A DNA stretch of 64,000 nt, taken from NCBI GenBank assembly GCA_950097015.1, contig CATNEN010000007.1:5146001-5210000 (forward strand), written 5' to 3'. Below the pieces are notes generated by a model that saw only the letters and a list, made by a program, of their open reading frames with translations, made no database searches and was not told the DNA's origin. Below are positions 48,882 through 61,058 of the stretch, piece after piece. Position 1 is the first letter of the stretch, and every line of letters starts with the position of its first letter. This stretch comes from Macrostomum hystrix. Its lineage: Eukaryota > Animalia > Platyhelminthes. A program made the position numbers and the translations under genes.

Positions 48882-50283
48882 TGATACCTCACTGAAGAAC
48901 AGGGGCGGATAGCTAACTGAAGGACAGGGGCGGATACCTCACTGAAGAACAGGGGCGGATAGCTTACTGAAGGACAGGGGCGGATAGCTTACTGAAGGAC
49001 AGGGGCGGATACTTCACTGAAGAACAGGGGCGGATAGCTTACTGAAGGACAGGGGCGGATACCTCACTGAAGAACAGGGGCGGATAGCTTACTGAAGGAC
49101 AGGGGCGGATAGCTCACCGAAGGACAGGGGGCGGATAGCTTACTGAAGGACAGGGGCGGATAGCTCACCGAAGGACAGGGGGCGGATAGCTTACTGAAGG
49201 ACAGGGGCGGATAGCTCACCGAAGGACAGGGGCTGATACCTCACTGAAGAACAGGGGCGAATAGCTTACTGAAGGACAGGGGCGGATAGCTCACCGAAGG
49301 ACAGGGGCTGATACCTCACTGAAGAACAGGGGCGGATAGCTTACTGAAGGACAGGGGCGGATAGCTTACTGAAGAACAGGGGCGGATACCTCACTGAAGA
49401 ACAGGGGCGAATAGCTTACTGAAGGACAGGGGCGGATATCTCACCGAAGGACAGGGGCGGATACCTCACTGAAGGACAGGGCGGATACCTCACTGAAGAA
49501 CAGGGGCGAATAGCTTACTGAAGGACAGGGGCGGATAGCTCACCGAAGGACAGGGCGGATACCTCACTAAAGGACAGGGCGGATAGCTCACTGAAGGACA
49601 AGGGGCGGATAGCTCACTGAAGGACAGGGCGGATACCTCACTGAAGGACAGGGCGGATAGGTCACTGAAGGACAAGGGGCGGATAGCTCACTGTAGGACA
49701 ACGGGCGGATAGCTCACTGAAGGGCAAGGGGCGGATAGCTCACTGAAGGACAAGGGGCGGATAGGTCACTGAAGGACAAGGGGCGGATAGGTCACTGAAG
49801 GACAGGGGCGGATAGGTCACTGAAGGACAGGGTCGGATAGGTCACTGAAGTACAGGGGCGGATAGGTCACTGAAGGACAAGGGGTGGATAGCTCACTGAA
49901 GGACAGGGGCGGATAGGTCACTGAAGGACAGGGGCGGATAGCTCACTGAAGGACAGGGGCGGATAGGTCACTGAAGGACAGGGCGGATAGGTCACTGAAG
50001 GACAGGGGCGGATAGGTCACTGAAGGACAGGGGCGGATAGGTTACTGAAGACAGGGGTGGATAGGTCACTGAAGGACAGGGGCGGATAGGTCACTGAAGG
50101 ACAGGGACGGATAGGTCACTGAAGGACAGGGGCGAATAGGTCACTGAAGGACAGGGGCGGATAGGTCACTGAAGGACAGGGGCGGATAGGTCACTGAAGG
50201 ACAGGGGCGGATAGGTCACTGAAGGACAGGGGCGGATAGGTCACTGAAGGACAGGGGCGGATAGGTCACTGAAGGACAGGGGC
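48882..50283. repeat. 25-bp minisatellite ACTGAAGGACAGGGGCGGATAG(C/G)TC, about 56 copies
   Basis: Tandem units; most carry GGGGCGG. Confidence 0.95.
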
Positions 50284-51054
50284 ACCCTGAGTGCAAGCCG
50301 AGTCATCAGTAGAAAGGTCACAGAAATGCTAGAAGCAGACTGAGTGATTCGGTGGGTCAGAAGAGGGCAGTGAGACACGGCTGTGGCCAGACACTGATCC
50401 CGTTGATGAGCAGAAAAGCCATTAGCATACCAGAGTGGTGGGGAAGCACGCGCATGGGATTCCGAGAGGATTAAAAAGGAGGCGGGATTAACCTCATCTG
50501 CGGGGAGCACAGCCGCCTCCTTGCAGTGCAGGCAGGCTGCAGCTTTTGAATCTGAGAATAATGCGAAATCTGAAGGAGACATTTCAATCGGAAATGAGAG
50601 AGACGGGACTCAATAATGCTTGTCAGAGCGGAAACTATTTATACCCGAGGCTTCGGGGAGGGCATTTCAAAATGGTGGACATTGTGGGTTATCGAGCAGC
50701 CTCAGATATAATACGGATTCATTATGCGATTATGCAAACTAGTGGTGTAGCTGCTCCTGCGCGGAGAATTAAGCAATGCAGCTGGGAGTCTCACATGGGA
50801 GAAAGAGAACGAACTCACGCGTGACTTGAATAACACGAATAAGTTTAGATCAGGCATATCATTGTACCACTGTACAAACGGCAGGCACTTGAAGCTCCCA
50901 GGCATTTTTTGCTTTTTGAGTTGACTAAAACTATGCTAAGGTTTTAGTAAAACGTTGACTAAAACGTTTAGTTTTAAGTACAAAAAATTCGCTGCCGATT
51001 TTTTTCGCTATTAGCTTGATCAAATTTGTAAATTTGAAAAATCCTCTTAGTAAA

Positions 51055-51277
51055 GTCTCAAATCCTATTTAAGTAGAGTCAAATCCTATTTGAGTAGAGT
51101 CAAATCCTATTTGAGTAGAGTCAAATCCTATTTGAGTAGAGTCAAATCCTATTTGAGTAGAGTCAAATCCTATTTGAGTAGAGTCAAATCCTATTTGAGT
51201 AGAGTCAAATCCTATTTGAGTAGAGTCAAATCCTATTTGAGTAGAGTCAAATCCTATTTGAGTACACTCAAATCCTA
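51055..51277. repeat. 21-bp near-perfect minisatellite GAGTAGAGTCAAATCCTATTT, about 10 copies
   Basis: Identical internal units. Confidence 0.97.
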
Positions 51278-51789
51278 GTAGTCTAAGAAGCCAAAAAAAC
51301 TCAAACAGGGGAGGGTGAAGGGCAAAAGTAGTCAAGGTAGACACGAGATCGATCTAATCATACTTCCCAACAAAGCGCAAAGAGCCCCTGTGAAATCTGA
51401 GAGCATTAATTAACTGAGCAGACTGCATCGTCATCGATAAGCGATGCTGCGATAATTCGACAACTCGAATATGTGAGAGGACGGGCGCGCCTAATTTAAG
51501 ATCCCCTTATTCCCTCCTGTCCCATAACTATCCCATAGTCCCTCTTCCCACAATGTCACAAGCTCCATCAATTAGTGTAGAAGTAGAGAGTTATAATTTA
51601 TTCTATGCGCGGTCGAGAAACCTAGGGTATTGCATTTAAAAATGGACCGCATTACTATGCTCAGCGCTGTACCTACTCACAGGGCGATAATTGTAAGACA
51701 AGACTGAGGACAAAGTTTAAACCTTAGCATAATGTCACCCAAAACTAAAAAAATTACTCGATTCTTCTATCATAATAACGGATTGCCGC

Positions 51790-52032
51790 AATCAACCCAT
51801 TCCGCTGACTCCTGAACACACACGCACACAGACACCGACTTTCCCATCGTCAGGCAGTGTACACTTCACTGTGCCTTGGAGGTTGGCCCTCAAGGGTGAA
51901 AATTGCACGAATAGCCCTTGAAGCCTTCCCTCCCAGACTGCGCCCCGAATGAATGCGGCCTCGCCGCGGAATCGAACTCAGGGACCTTGGTGCGAGAGGC
52001 AAACGCGTTAACCGCTCTGCTATTGAATCCAC
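51790..52032 (-). mobile_element. tRNA-headed SINE family B
   Basis: A box TAGCAGAGCGG, B box GTTCGATTCC; matches 32174-32410. Confidence 0.85.
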
Positions 52033-52599
52033 ACTTTTTTAACATAGTCTGATGGCAGAAGAGGTAGGAAAAAACTTTTACGTAGGGCAGTTAAAACATT
52101 TTCCGTTTTTTGCAGATGGGGAAGCTAGGAAATGGGAATTAATAAGTTATGAGTAAACTTAGGATATTGCCTCCTAGAGGGTGTTGATGGGAAAATTATA
52201 TTTATCCATATTTGGGTCGCTTCGCAAGAATAAGAGTACACACACATCATAGTTATGATATTGTAAGTATACTCAAACGCAGCATATTACCGGCATAACA
52301 TCCCGTTTAGGATGCGTGTGCCAAGACAGACTGAGGGGAGGGAGAAAATGGGAAATCAGTTGAGAAGATTATCTTGAGATGACGAAGATCCAACTGATTG
52401 ACACCTGGGACTTCAATATCTTCAGGTGTGTGTGTGGAAACCTTTTTTTACCTAAGTCTGACTCAGCGCTGGATAGAGTTTGAAAAAATTAGTGATGAGT
52501 TTGAGAAGTTCGCGCTGGCAAACAATATATATTTGGCGAGAAATTATAATCTACACGTGGCTCGTACTTATTTCTTCTTTTAGTCTAACCTACAAGGAT

Positions 52600-52613
52600 G
52601 TTACCATGGCAAC
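52600..52613. promoter_or_regulatory. Canonical RFX X-box GTTACCATGGCAAC
   Basis: Exact match to the GTTNCCATGGNAAC consensus. Confidence 0.55.
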
Positions 52614-52904
52614 AAGAGACGACTTAAAATAATCAACTGCAAAAGCACAACTTGTAAGGCCACAAAATCCAAGGATTTATTTTCGCAACCGAAACCATAG
52701 TTTTTGACAGGCCAATGCAAATACAGATTTTGAAAGCAAAGCTGGCAGAACAGATTTTGGTGTCTAAAATGTACACAGACAAAAACAAGAAAGGACAGAG
52801 TATGATTGTGGAAGTTCGACGGAAAATTGGCCATATTTAATTGTGCTAGGAATTTTTACTGACTAATCAGGGGCCTCGTGACATAGGTTCATAGTAGGGT
52901 GACA

Positions 52905-53010
52905 GAGCTCTGATTGGTTGGGCCAGGGTAGGGTCACAGTTTTGATTGGTTGGGCCAGGGTAGGGTCACAGTTTTGATTGGTTGGGTCAGGGTAAGGTCA
53001 CACAGTTTTC
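52905..53010. repeat. 32-bp tandem repeat TGATTGGTTGGGCCAGGGTAGGGTCACAGTTT, three copies, in the 3' region of the LDLa gene
   Basis: Direct repeats visible. Confidence 0.85.
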
Positions 53011-53129
53011 GTTGGTTGGGTTGAGTCGGTTTTCAAAGGTCTCACCGGGTCAGGGTCAAGTTCTATAAAGTGCAGGTTCGTGCATGTCACAAGTTGAGTA
53101 TAGCGAGTACAGCTGAGTACAATGCTTAG

Positions 53130-54223
53130 TCAGGCCAGTGCAAAAGTCAGACAGAACAGGAGAGCTACGCAGCTGAAGGAAGATGCGAGCGAGGGAGCAG
53201 CCGGGTTGCGCTCCCGCCGCCAGACCCCGTCGCTAAGCAACCCCGAAGCGGCTCCGTTGTCGAGATATCGACAGTCGGCTTCGTCGGCCGGCGTAGGCAG
53301 GGTGTCGTTACCGTTGGCATTGGCAACGCCGGTGGAGTTCAGACAGTCGTCGAAGCCGTTGCACCTGTGGGTGCCGTAGACGCAGCCGAGGCCGCCGCCG
53401 CACCAGAAGCCGCCGCGGAATTCACACAAAAAGGCCCGATCGGCCGGGGTTGAAACATCCGACGCGAATTCGGCGTAGACGTGAGCAGAGATTGTCGTTA
53501 CGATCGGCGAGGGCGAAGATGAGGGCGAAGATAAAGAGGAAGGCGAAGCCGAACTATCAGCGAAGGACGAATGACCATTGTACCAGGTAATGCTTGTAAA
53601 CCTGCAAGAATTGAAAAGAAATTTGAGAATCGTTGTTCGCAAAATGTATCGCAAAAGACAAAAAACGGTATCTAAGTTAGTTGGGTCAGATTGCGCAGCA
53701 TCTGTCGGGGTCAGATTGAAGCTCCTAACCTCATTGTCACTGGGCAATAAGAGACAAGGGATAAAAACACAGGCGGCACTCACCTGTAGCGAGGCCTGTA
53801 CACAACCGGGTAGGCGTGTGACCGGCAGGTGAACTCAACCATGCGGTCTGGCGGACTGCCTGCGGCCGCCTGGCCCAGCAGGGGGCTAGCCAGAGCCGAG
53901 GCCAGGACAAAGCGCTGGCCGCAGGGCACGGCCGATAGGCGGAAGGCCAGACGCCAGGCCAGCTGGCCGACATCGTCCCGCTGGCAGCCGAGGGCCGCCC
54001 AACTGCTGTTGCAGAGCAGGAAGGCATCCAGAAGCGATTCGTCAGGCTCGGCGTTGGCTTCTAGGAGCAGGCTCTGGTCCAGGCAGCGCAGCCGGCTGGC
54101 CGCACCGCGGCAGCGCGGATGGCCCGATGGCAGCAGGTAGAAATTTGCAGTCGTTGACGACACAGTCGAAAAAATCAGTTGCTGGCCAAGAAGCAAAAGG
54201 AGAGGCAGCAGGCACGGGGGCAT
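53130..54223 (-). CDS. Secreted or GPI-anchored protein with a Cys-containing (possibly CUB-like) region and one LDL-receptor class A module; exons 54223-53784 and 53601-53130 (303 aa)
   Basis: Signal peptide MPPCLLPLLLLLG; AG|GTGAGT...TTGCAG|G phase-2 junction; LDLa C..GGFWC....CV....RCNGFDDC...DEADC; hydrophobic C-terminus with no cytoplasmic tail. Confidence 0.78.
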
Positions 54224-57200
54224 GCCCTCCTTTGTGCTTGCACAAAAAATACTTCAACTTTTCACTGCACTTTTGCCGCCGTTGCCGCTGTCGCCGGGTG
54301 CTCATGCGGCATCCCACTAATAGCTGAGCAGTCAGCGCTCAATCACAGTATATATAATCTGCTGTACTTTTAAACCAAACTTATATTAGTGGACGGTGCC
54401 TAATTGGCATTCTCGTCTCTATTAGCAAAGAATGGGCTACAGAGAGACAGCGGACCGATTGTAGGACTAAGCGTACCAGGGTTGTGAGTGTGGCTAACAC
54501 CAGTGCGATGTGTTTTATACCAAACAGCCCAGCATCACCTCTCAGGCTCTCAACCAATGAGCTGACAGTGTGTGGCCACCTCCTCTTCCCAGACCCGGCT
54601 GTGGTGGTCCCCAATTTTCCCCTCTCTTTCTCGGCTGCAGAAAATATTGGGCCACAGGATGCGAGACTTTGGTGTGCCTGCCGAGCATGAAAAAGAAGCT
54701 GCCGTCCTAGCGCCCCTCGCCACCGCGGCAGAATGGATCGCGGCGAGGAAAGAAAGAGGAAACGACGGGAATGGACGAGAAAATTGATGAAGGGAAAAGG
54801 CTGGCAAGGCAGGGATATGCTGATCAGGAGAAGGAAAAGTGGAGCAACCAATCACTCAGAAATACACACAGACACGCGCACACACAAACACATACACACA
54901 CGAGGAATGCGAAACGAGCATTGGACTGCAGTGTGTGTGCGTGTGTGTGTGCAAGGCCCAAATCCCTCGACCCCATGGCTACATGGACAATGGACAACTG
55001 TCCGGCCACTGCCGCTGATTCTCTGCTAAATAAGAAGACCCCCGATGGCGACGAAGACGGAATGGCGACGCAGTGATCACAGGCTGCCAAGATAGGAAGA
55101 GCGGAGAGGGCCCGCTGGAGGGATTATAAGTCAATTATAACCCCAATGCGTGACCTCCAGGCGCAGACAAATAACAAACAGACAAGAATCTCATATTTAT
55201 CTATTTCTGGGCGACAAGCAAATCTATCAAAATAGGGAATGCTATCCATCGGCATCCTCAGTGCACTTTTACAGCGACTAAGCAGGGGTCATTTCAGGTG
55301 AGAACACCAAATAGGGCGGCGGTAGGGCTGGCTCAGGCTTGAGACTACATGAATAAATGATGAGGCGGAGGCTGCTTTGAAGAAAATATAGAAGTTTATG
55401 CACTGTTTTAGAAGTTTTATGCTATCAAATTCAAAACTGCACCTAGATAGACTGGATTTTGGAAGTTTGCAGATATATGAACTAGGAATGTGTAAATAGT
55501 TAGAAAATATTAAGTAGGAGAATATGCATCTCGATATCAGTATCAAGGAAAACTTCGAAATGCATATAAGGCAGAAATCAAAACCAGCAGAACAGGTTTC
55601 TAAAAGTCAGTTTAGCACGCTGTCCTATATCTAACTTGCTTCAGCAGACGAGATAAGAACAGGAGGTGAGGACATGGTAGGTCGGCCAGATGGGGTCGCC
55701 CGTGAGCACGGTCGATGAGCAGAGAAAAAAATTCTCCTCTAAGAGAGAAGCGGAAGCTGCCTAGCGGAGAAAGAAGAAATAAAAAAGAAGAAGAGGGAGG
55801 AAAAACGGAAGAACTGGAGAAACTGGAGAGGGATTTTTTTAAGTATCGACGATGCTCAAAGCTCGCTAGCTCGCTCAGTCATGCTCCATCAACATAAAGA
55901 AGCTTTACTAAGCTGAACTGCCCGCAAGATACACACTGCGTGAGTCGCGAACCCTTTTTTCAGCTTGCACATATTTTCGCCCCGCCCAGTGGGAAGGATG
56001 CAAGCAGTTTCGAGTCAGAATCCCGGCTAGCCATTCGAGGCGGGCCTAATGAACGCCAAAAAGACGGCGATGGCTGGGCAATGGGGAGAAGGGAAGAAGA
56101 GAGAAGGAGGGAAAGGGGATTAGAGTCAGACCGGAGTCAGAATGACGACCGCATATGCCAAAATTTGTATGGACATGCAATATGCATTCTATAACGCATT
56201 CTAAAGCTTGGAATTCTCCCACTCACCCCGATTTCCAGTGATTACCTAACCCGGATCTCGAGACAGAGCATTGCGTGGGAGAAGGACTCACAGGCACACG
56301 GAGAATAGCCGCATTTGTTGGCCACCCGGAGACGTGACGAGATTAAAGCTAGGCATTTAGGAAGCCGTGGGCAAGTGGCCCGCAGCTTGGAGGGGGGCTT
56401 CATGTCAGGCAGAGAAGACACAGACTGAGTGTGTGTGGCTGTGAGAACGGACGAGGGCACACCGGGACACGCGACAGTTCAGACATTGTTGGCGTCGCCA
56501 CAGGCCCGCCAGTGCGAGTGTGACTCATCTGCCTAACAAATTTCTCTCTTTAGCACTGCTCGACTCTCATTATCCCATTTACAGAGGACTGAAGTCTAGC
56601 AAGGAATACCCGAGATGGGCAAAACGATGGCCAACTTTCTAGAACGACTTAATGCATTAAGCCTAGTAGACTAGAAGCCCGCAGACAAACGTGACTAAGC
56701 CTCTCTCTTGTGATTCAACTATGCGCTTTGTAGCCAGAAAACAAGCAGCAATAATTCTATTTCTAAAAGAGAATGCTTACACGCCTCTCTAGCATAAACT
56801 GTCCTGCACAAAGGCCGCTCCGCACTTATGAACCAGTGGATTAGAGCTATAGACAGCGCAAGCACTATTAGAATTAGAAAGTAAGGGAGGGGGGAGTCTG
56901 CAAAGGCGAGATGAGGCCCGCGGTGAGACTGCAGCGCCGGGTGGGAGGAGATCGATAGGCGAATCGTGCCACAGCTTGAGTAGGAGTGGCGCATTGGGAA
57001 GGCAAGGAGAGGCACTCCATTTAAACTAAAATGAAAAAACTTGCTAGGAAAATTTGAGGCAGACAACTGGGCAAAATCTGGGACAGGGGGGAGGACAGAC
57101 GGATGCAGAAGAGCTGACGGTCGTATCAATCAAAATTTCGGGTCCGCGAGCTACATAGAAATCCAGTAGAGTTCTCAATCTATCTTCCGACTCATCCTAT

Positions 57201-58468
57201 CTCATCCCAGATGGTTAGAGAAGCTAAGGACTTGGCGGAGAGTTCGATAACCAAGGTCCTATATAGTCAATGCCTACTGTGGAACATGCAAGCCGATAGT
57301 TATGAAATAAGCATGCCAGGCAGGCAGACATGACCAAGCAGGGTAATTACATAAGGGAGGGTAGAAATCTAATCAGGCCTAAGCAATTCCCAACAGCATT
57401 GGGCGCCAATGGGATGCCAGTTACATGGGACATTCCAAGGTGAAAGAAATTTAGCTTAAATACAAAGTCATGCTAAAGTTTCTACTGAAAGTAGCTACAC
57501 TGAAATATATATTACTAATGGTGAACTGTATTTTTCTATTCTGAAAATATTGTTGCTTGCAACATCATATTTTAGCTGCACAAAAAACTGACTTTTGTTA
57601 TAATCAGATAAGCTTCAGGATAAATGCTGAAAACATTCATGGAGCTTCAATACAATCTATCAACTAAAAAACACTAGCAAACCACTTTTTTTTCTAAATC
57701 AAACTACACTAAAGATGCAATTTTAAGAGAATTTATTTCATTTTTTTAAACATTAAAAAATTCATTTATTACCAATATCATTCTTGACTGGGCAATTGCA
57801 ACTTAAATCTAATGTAGTTTAAAAGTTTGTAAAACAATTCCCTATAATTTTAACAATAGAAAATAATATTTACATATTGCTTTTTCATAATCATTAAATA
57901 TCTTTACTAGTAAGACAGAAAAACAATTACATTTGTATTTCTTTTGTAAAAGTCTCATTTTAAGGTATAAAATCTGTAACAACAAAGAAGTACTATAATT
58001 TTGTTTTATTAATAGTTTAAAAAGTTAAACTATATTTTTTAACTATAAAAAGTAAAAAGTAAACTATACAAAAATTGAAAAGTAAAAAATGTATTCATTA
58101 TATATATGAACTATTTAGTGTTATTTATTTACTTGTCACTGCCCCAAGAAAGAAATTACCAGGTAAATGATATTACTACCTATTCATACTCCTGTAGACA
58201 CTTAAAACTCTTGTCCCTATCATCTAACCCTTTATGAGTCTAGATGACAAAGATTGTGTAAAAAAACTAAGAGAAAACCTAAAAAATCTTTGGTTTAGCT
58301 GAAAATTGTTTAGTCAACTTCATAATAAAAAGCTATTAATCCTTAACAAAAATATAAACTTTAGATCTGATGAGATTTCTATGACACTGCTCTATTGAAA
58401 TAAACTATACTACTAACAACACTAATAGAAGATCCAGACAATAATGTCAGATGGCGGTTGCATGCCAG

Positions 58469-59126
58469 GGCTTGCAGTTGTTTGGGTGACAAGACATTTT
58501 GGTGACATGCAAAAGTCAGTTCAGTGCCATGCTAAAGTTGTTTCAGTGACATGGAAAAGTTGTTCTTTGTACAAATAATAAAATATATAACTAACAGTGA
58601 TTAAATCTATTTGTTTGTTACATCTATTTGTTGAAAGGTATACATATGATGAAAAAGATTTAAGAGATGATGTAACTTTTGTTTATTTACAGAGGAGCAT
58701 GAACATATTTGATATGCCCTAAATAAAGACATGTATAATATAAGAAACATCTGATGTGGTCTGAATGGTCAACTTTTCTCCATTTATATGTATCCTTTTC
58801 TACTATATTTTTTAACCAAAGCTATTGGCACAAATGAATGATCCACAAGACTTGCTTGTTGCTTGCCAGTTAATTGTGACTTGCCAACAGCAGGCACTTT
58901 AGTATGATTTGTGCTAATGGTGGCCTGTGACAGTAATCTATAAAACAAACCTATAAAATAATCAACAGCTATGTACATAAGTATCTACCAAATTGAAATT
59001 ATTAACAATAAATTAAGCAATTCAAAGCAATAATTTTCTTTTTAATAGATGTAGCTATCATAAAAAAAGGTCACCAAACTGTTCATTTGTCACTGAGATA
59101 TCTTGACACCAAAATGACCTGCACCC
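58469..59126. mobile_element. Old MULE-like MITE with degenerate repetitive TIRs
   Basis: GG..TGCAG.TG.TT.GGTGACAAGA at left, mirrored by TCTTGACACCAAAATGACCTGCACCC at right; flanks CATGCCAG/CATGTCAG. Confidence 0.6.
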
Positions 59127-59529
59127 CATGTCAGTACCTGCAAGCAGACAAATTCCACCTCATTAATGAGGCATAGTGTCAGCTGTCAGGGATTAGGTAG
59201 TTTTTATTGCTGTCATTGTTATGTATACTGTAAACATTGTTAAATATACTGATATGCTCTGCACAAAAAAATTAAAATATACTTCAATGTAGTTAGCCAA
59301 AATATACAAAAATTAAACTATATAATATGTATAGTTTAACAAACAACACTAGCTAACAAACATTTTATTTATAATGTAAGATTGAAGAACTGAACAAAAA
59401 GATGGAGTTTCTCTACAATTTTCACACTATAACTTCATGAATGATTAGTTTCAGTATAACAAAAATAATGTTTGTGACAATAGCAATCACAAAGAAAAAC
59501 ATTTATTTCTGAAAGACATAGATTAAAAT

Positions 59530-59970
59530 GGATCCTAGACACTTTGTCATCTTACAACTTCGTCATCTTACAACTTCGTCATCCACTTGAAAGGTAGGAC
59601 ACTTCGTCATCCAGCCAATTGGCATGCTTTAACATTTGGTCAGTTCATCATCTACTAATAACAAATAAGCAATTAAGTTCGTCATCAATAAAGTGAGGGT
59701 GGGGTGGTGGGGCAGAGGTGTGAACACACTTCACATCTTAAAATGCCAAAAGAGGTGTCAAAACTGATTTCATTATAAGAGTTGAAAGAAAGGTGCCAAC
59801 ACGATGTGAGGAGGTGGGGAGGGGTGGTTCTGTTCTAACTTTGAAAACTTTTGTTTTATAGATGACGAAGTGTCCACAAGTCTTAGTCTCTTTGTCATCC
59901 ACCCTCTGAGATATTGGACAGATTGTCATCTGGATGACGAAGTTGTAAGATGACGAAGTGTCCAGGTACT
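59530..59970. mobile_element. Mutator-like MITE (441 bp) with a perfect 9-bp TSD GATTAAAAT
   Basis: TIRs GGATCCTAGACACTTTGTCATCTTACAACTTCGTCATC / GATGACGAAGTTGTAAGATGACGAAGTGTCCAGGTACT; TSD at 59521-59529 and 59971-59979; subterminal TTCGTCATC repeats. Confidence 0.9.
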
Positions 59971-60057
59971 GATTAAAATAGTTTACTTTTATAACCAAGG
60001 CAATGTTACTTCACCAACTAACAATTTAAACATTTTGGGCAGTGCATCAATAAAAAC

Positions 60058-60510
60058 AGCCATGTTGACGACTCTTAGGCTACATCAAACATGCGCGACG
60101 GTCACCTAATAGGCAACTCCAAACATGTTCTTTGTTCCAAGAACATGTTCTTTTAAATTAATAAGGCTACTTAATGTATATTAAATAACGCTAGGTGAAG
60201 AAAAAATAATGAAGAAAAAACTATGCCTTCCTTGGCATGAGGTCAACAAACAAGACAGAGTTAATTAAACCATACTATGTCTAGTAATATCCTAGTTCAC
60301 CAGCACTTAACGTACATATTAGCCAGCGATATAGTTTTCTCTCAATGGCGCATTTAGCATGTAGCTACATATATTTTTTACAATACGAAGCACTATAAAT
60401 TAAAAAGTACATGTTCTCGAAACAAATAACATGTTCTGATTTGCCCATTAGGCAACCGTCACGCATGTTCGATTACCGTTTCTTAGACCCTATCTCTGTC
60501 AACACGGATG
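60058..60510. mobile_element. hAT-like MITE (about 450 bp) with ~90-bp imperfect inverted arms and an 8-bp TSD ATAAAAAC
   Basis: CCATGTTGAC...GTCAACACGG termini and mirrored AACATGCG.GACGGT..CCTAAT.GGCAA blocks; TSD at 60050-60057 and 60511-60518. Confidence 0.8.
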
Positions 60511-61058
60511 ATAAAAACCATATGCCAAGCAAATGCTCATAGAAAAGTACTGACACAATAACCGTCTCTAAATTTTGTACATTTTGGAGTCCAAATTAAG
60601 CAATAATAGCAAAGGAAAGCGGTATCAAAAGCACAAATAAGCTTTACAGAGACGGATACGAAAATATGTAGAAATTCTGAACTTACCACAGAAGAAATTC
60701 TTGAGCTTTCCTATGTAATTCCCTGAAACCAAGCAATTTTAAAAGAGCAAACATTATCTTAACAAATAATTTCTAGAGTTACGCATTAAATCAAAAATTT
60801 CTTCTTAAATTTGCAACCTTTCAACAAATGCTGGTTTTCTTGCACCATACGTTTTTTTAACAACTATAAAAGGTAATTTTTACTATAAAATTCGGCTTAA
60901 AAAAGTACGATTGAGGAAGAAGTAACATTTAAAATTCCAATACTACCGATAAATTCACTTACCTCGATTATTTTTGCATGTTACTATAATTACACAAGTT
61001 TAATAATTAGGGAAGGCGAAATACTTATTAAGATATAGTCTGTATTTCGAACGAGATC

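Noticed and set aside
17791-51277. Tandem arrays as CRISPR arrays
   Set aside because: No unique spacers, no cas genes, and the context is eukaryotic.
51838-51855. CTGACGA-TGG-GAAA (minus strand) as a hammerhead ribozyme core
   Set aside because: There is no room for stem II and the motif is absent from the other SINE B copy.
54381-57129. Scattered short ORFs upstream of the LDLa gene
   Set aside because: No recognisable motifs or consistent exon chain; probably regulatory, UTR or intronic sequence.
59510-59519. TGAAAGACAT matching the 5' end of miR-71 (also TCACCGGGT near 53042, miR-36-like)
   Set aside because: The match stops after 9-10 nt and there is no supporting hairpin.
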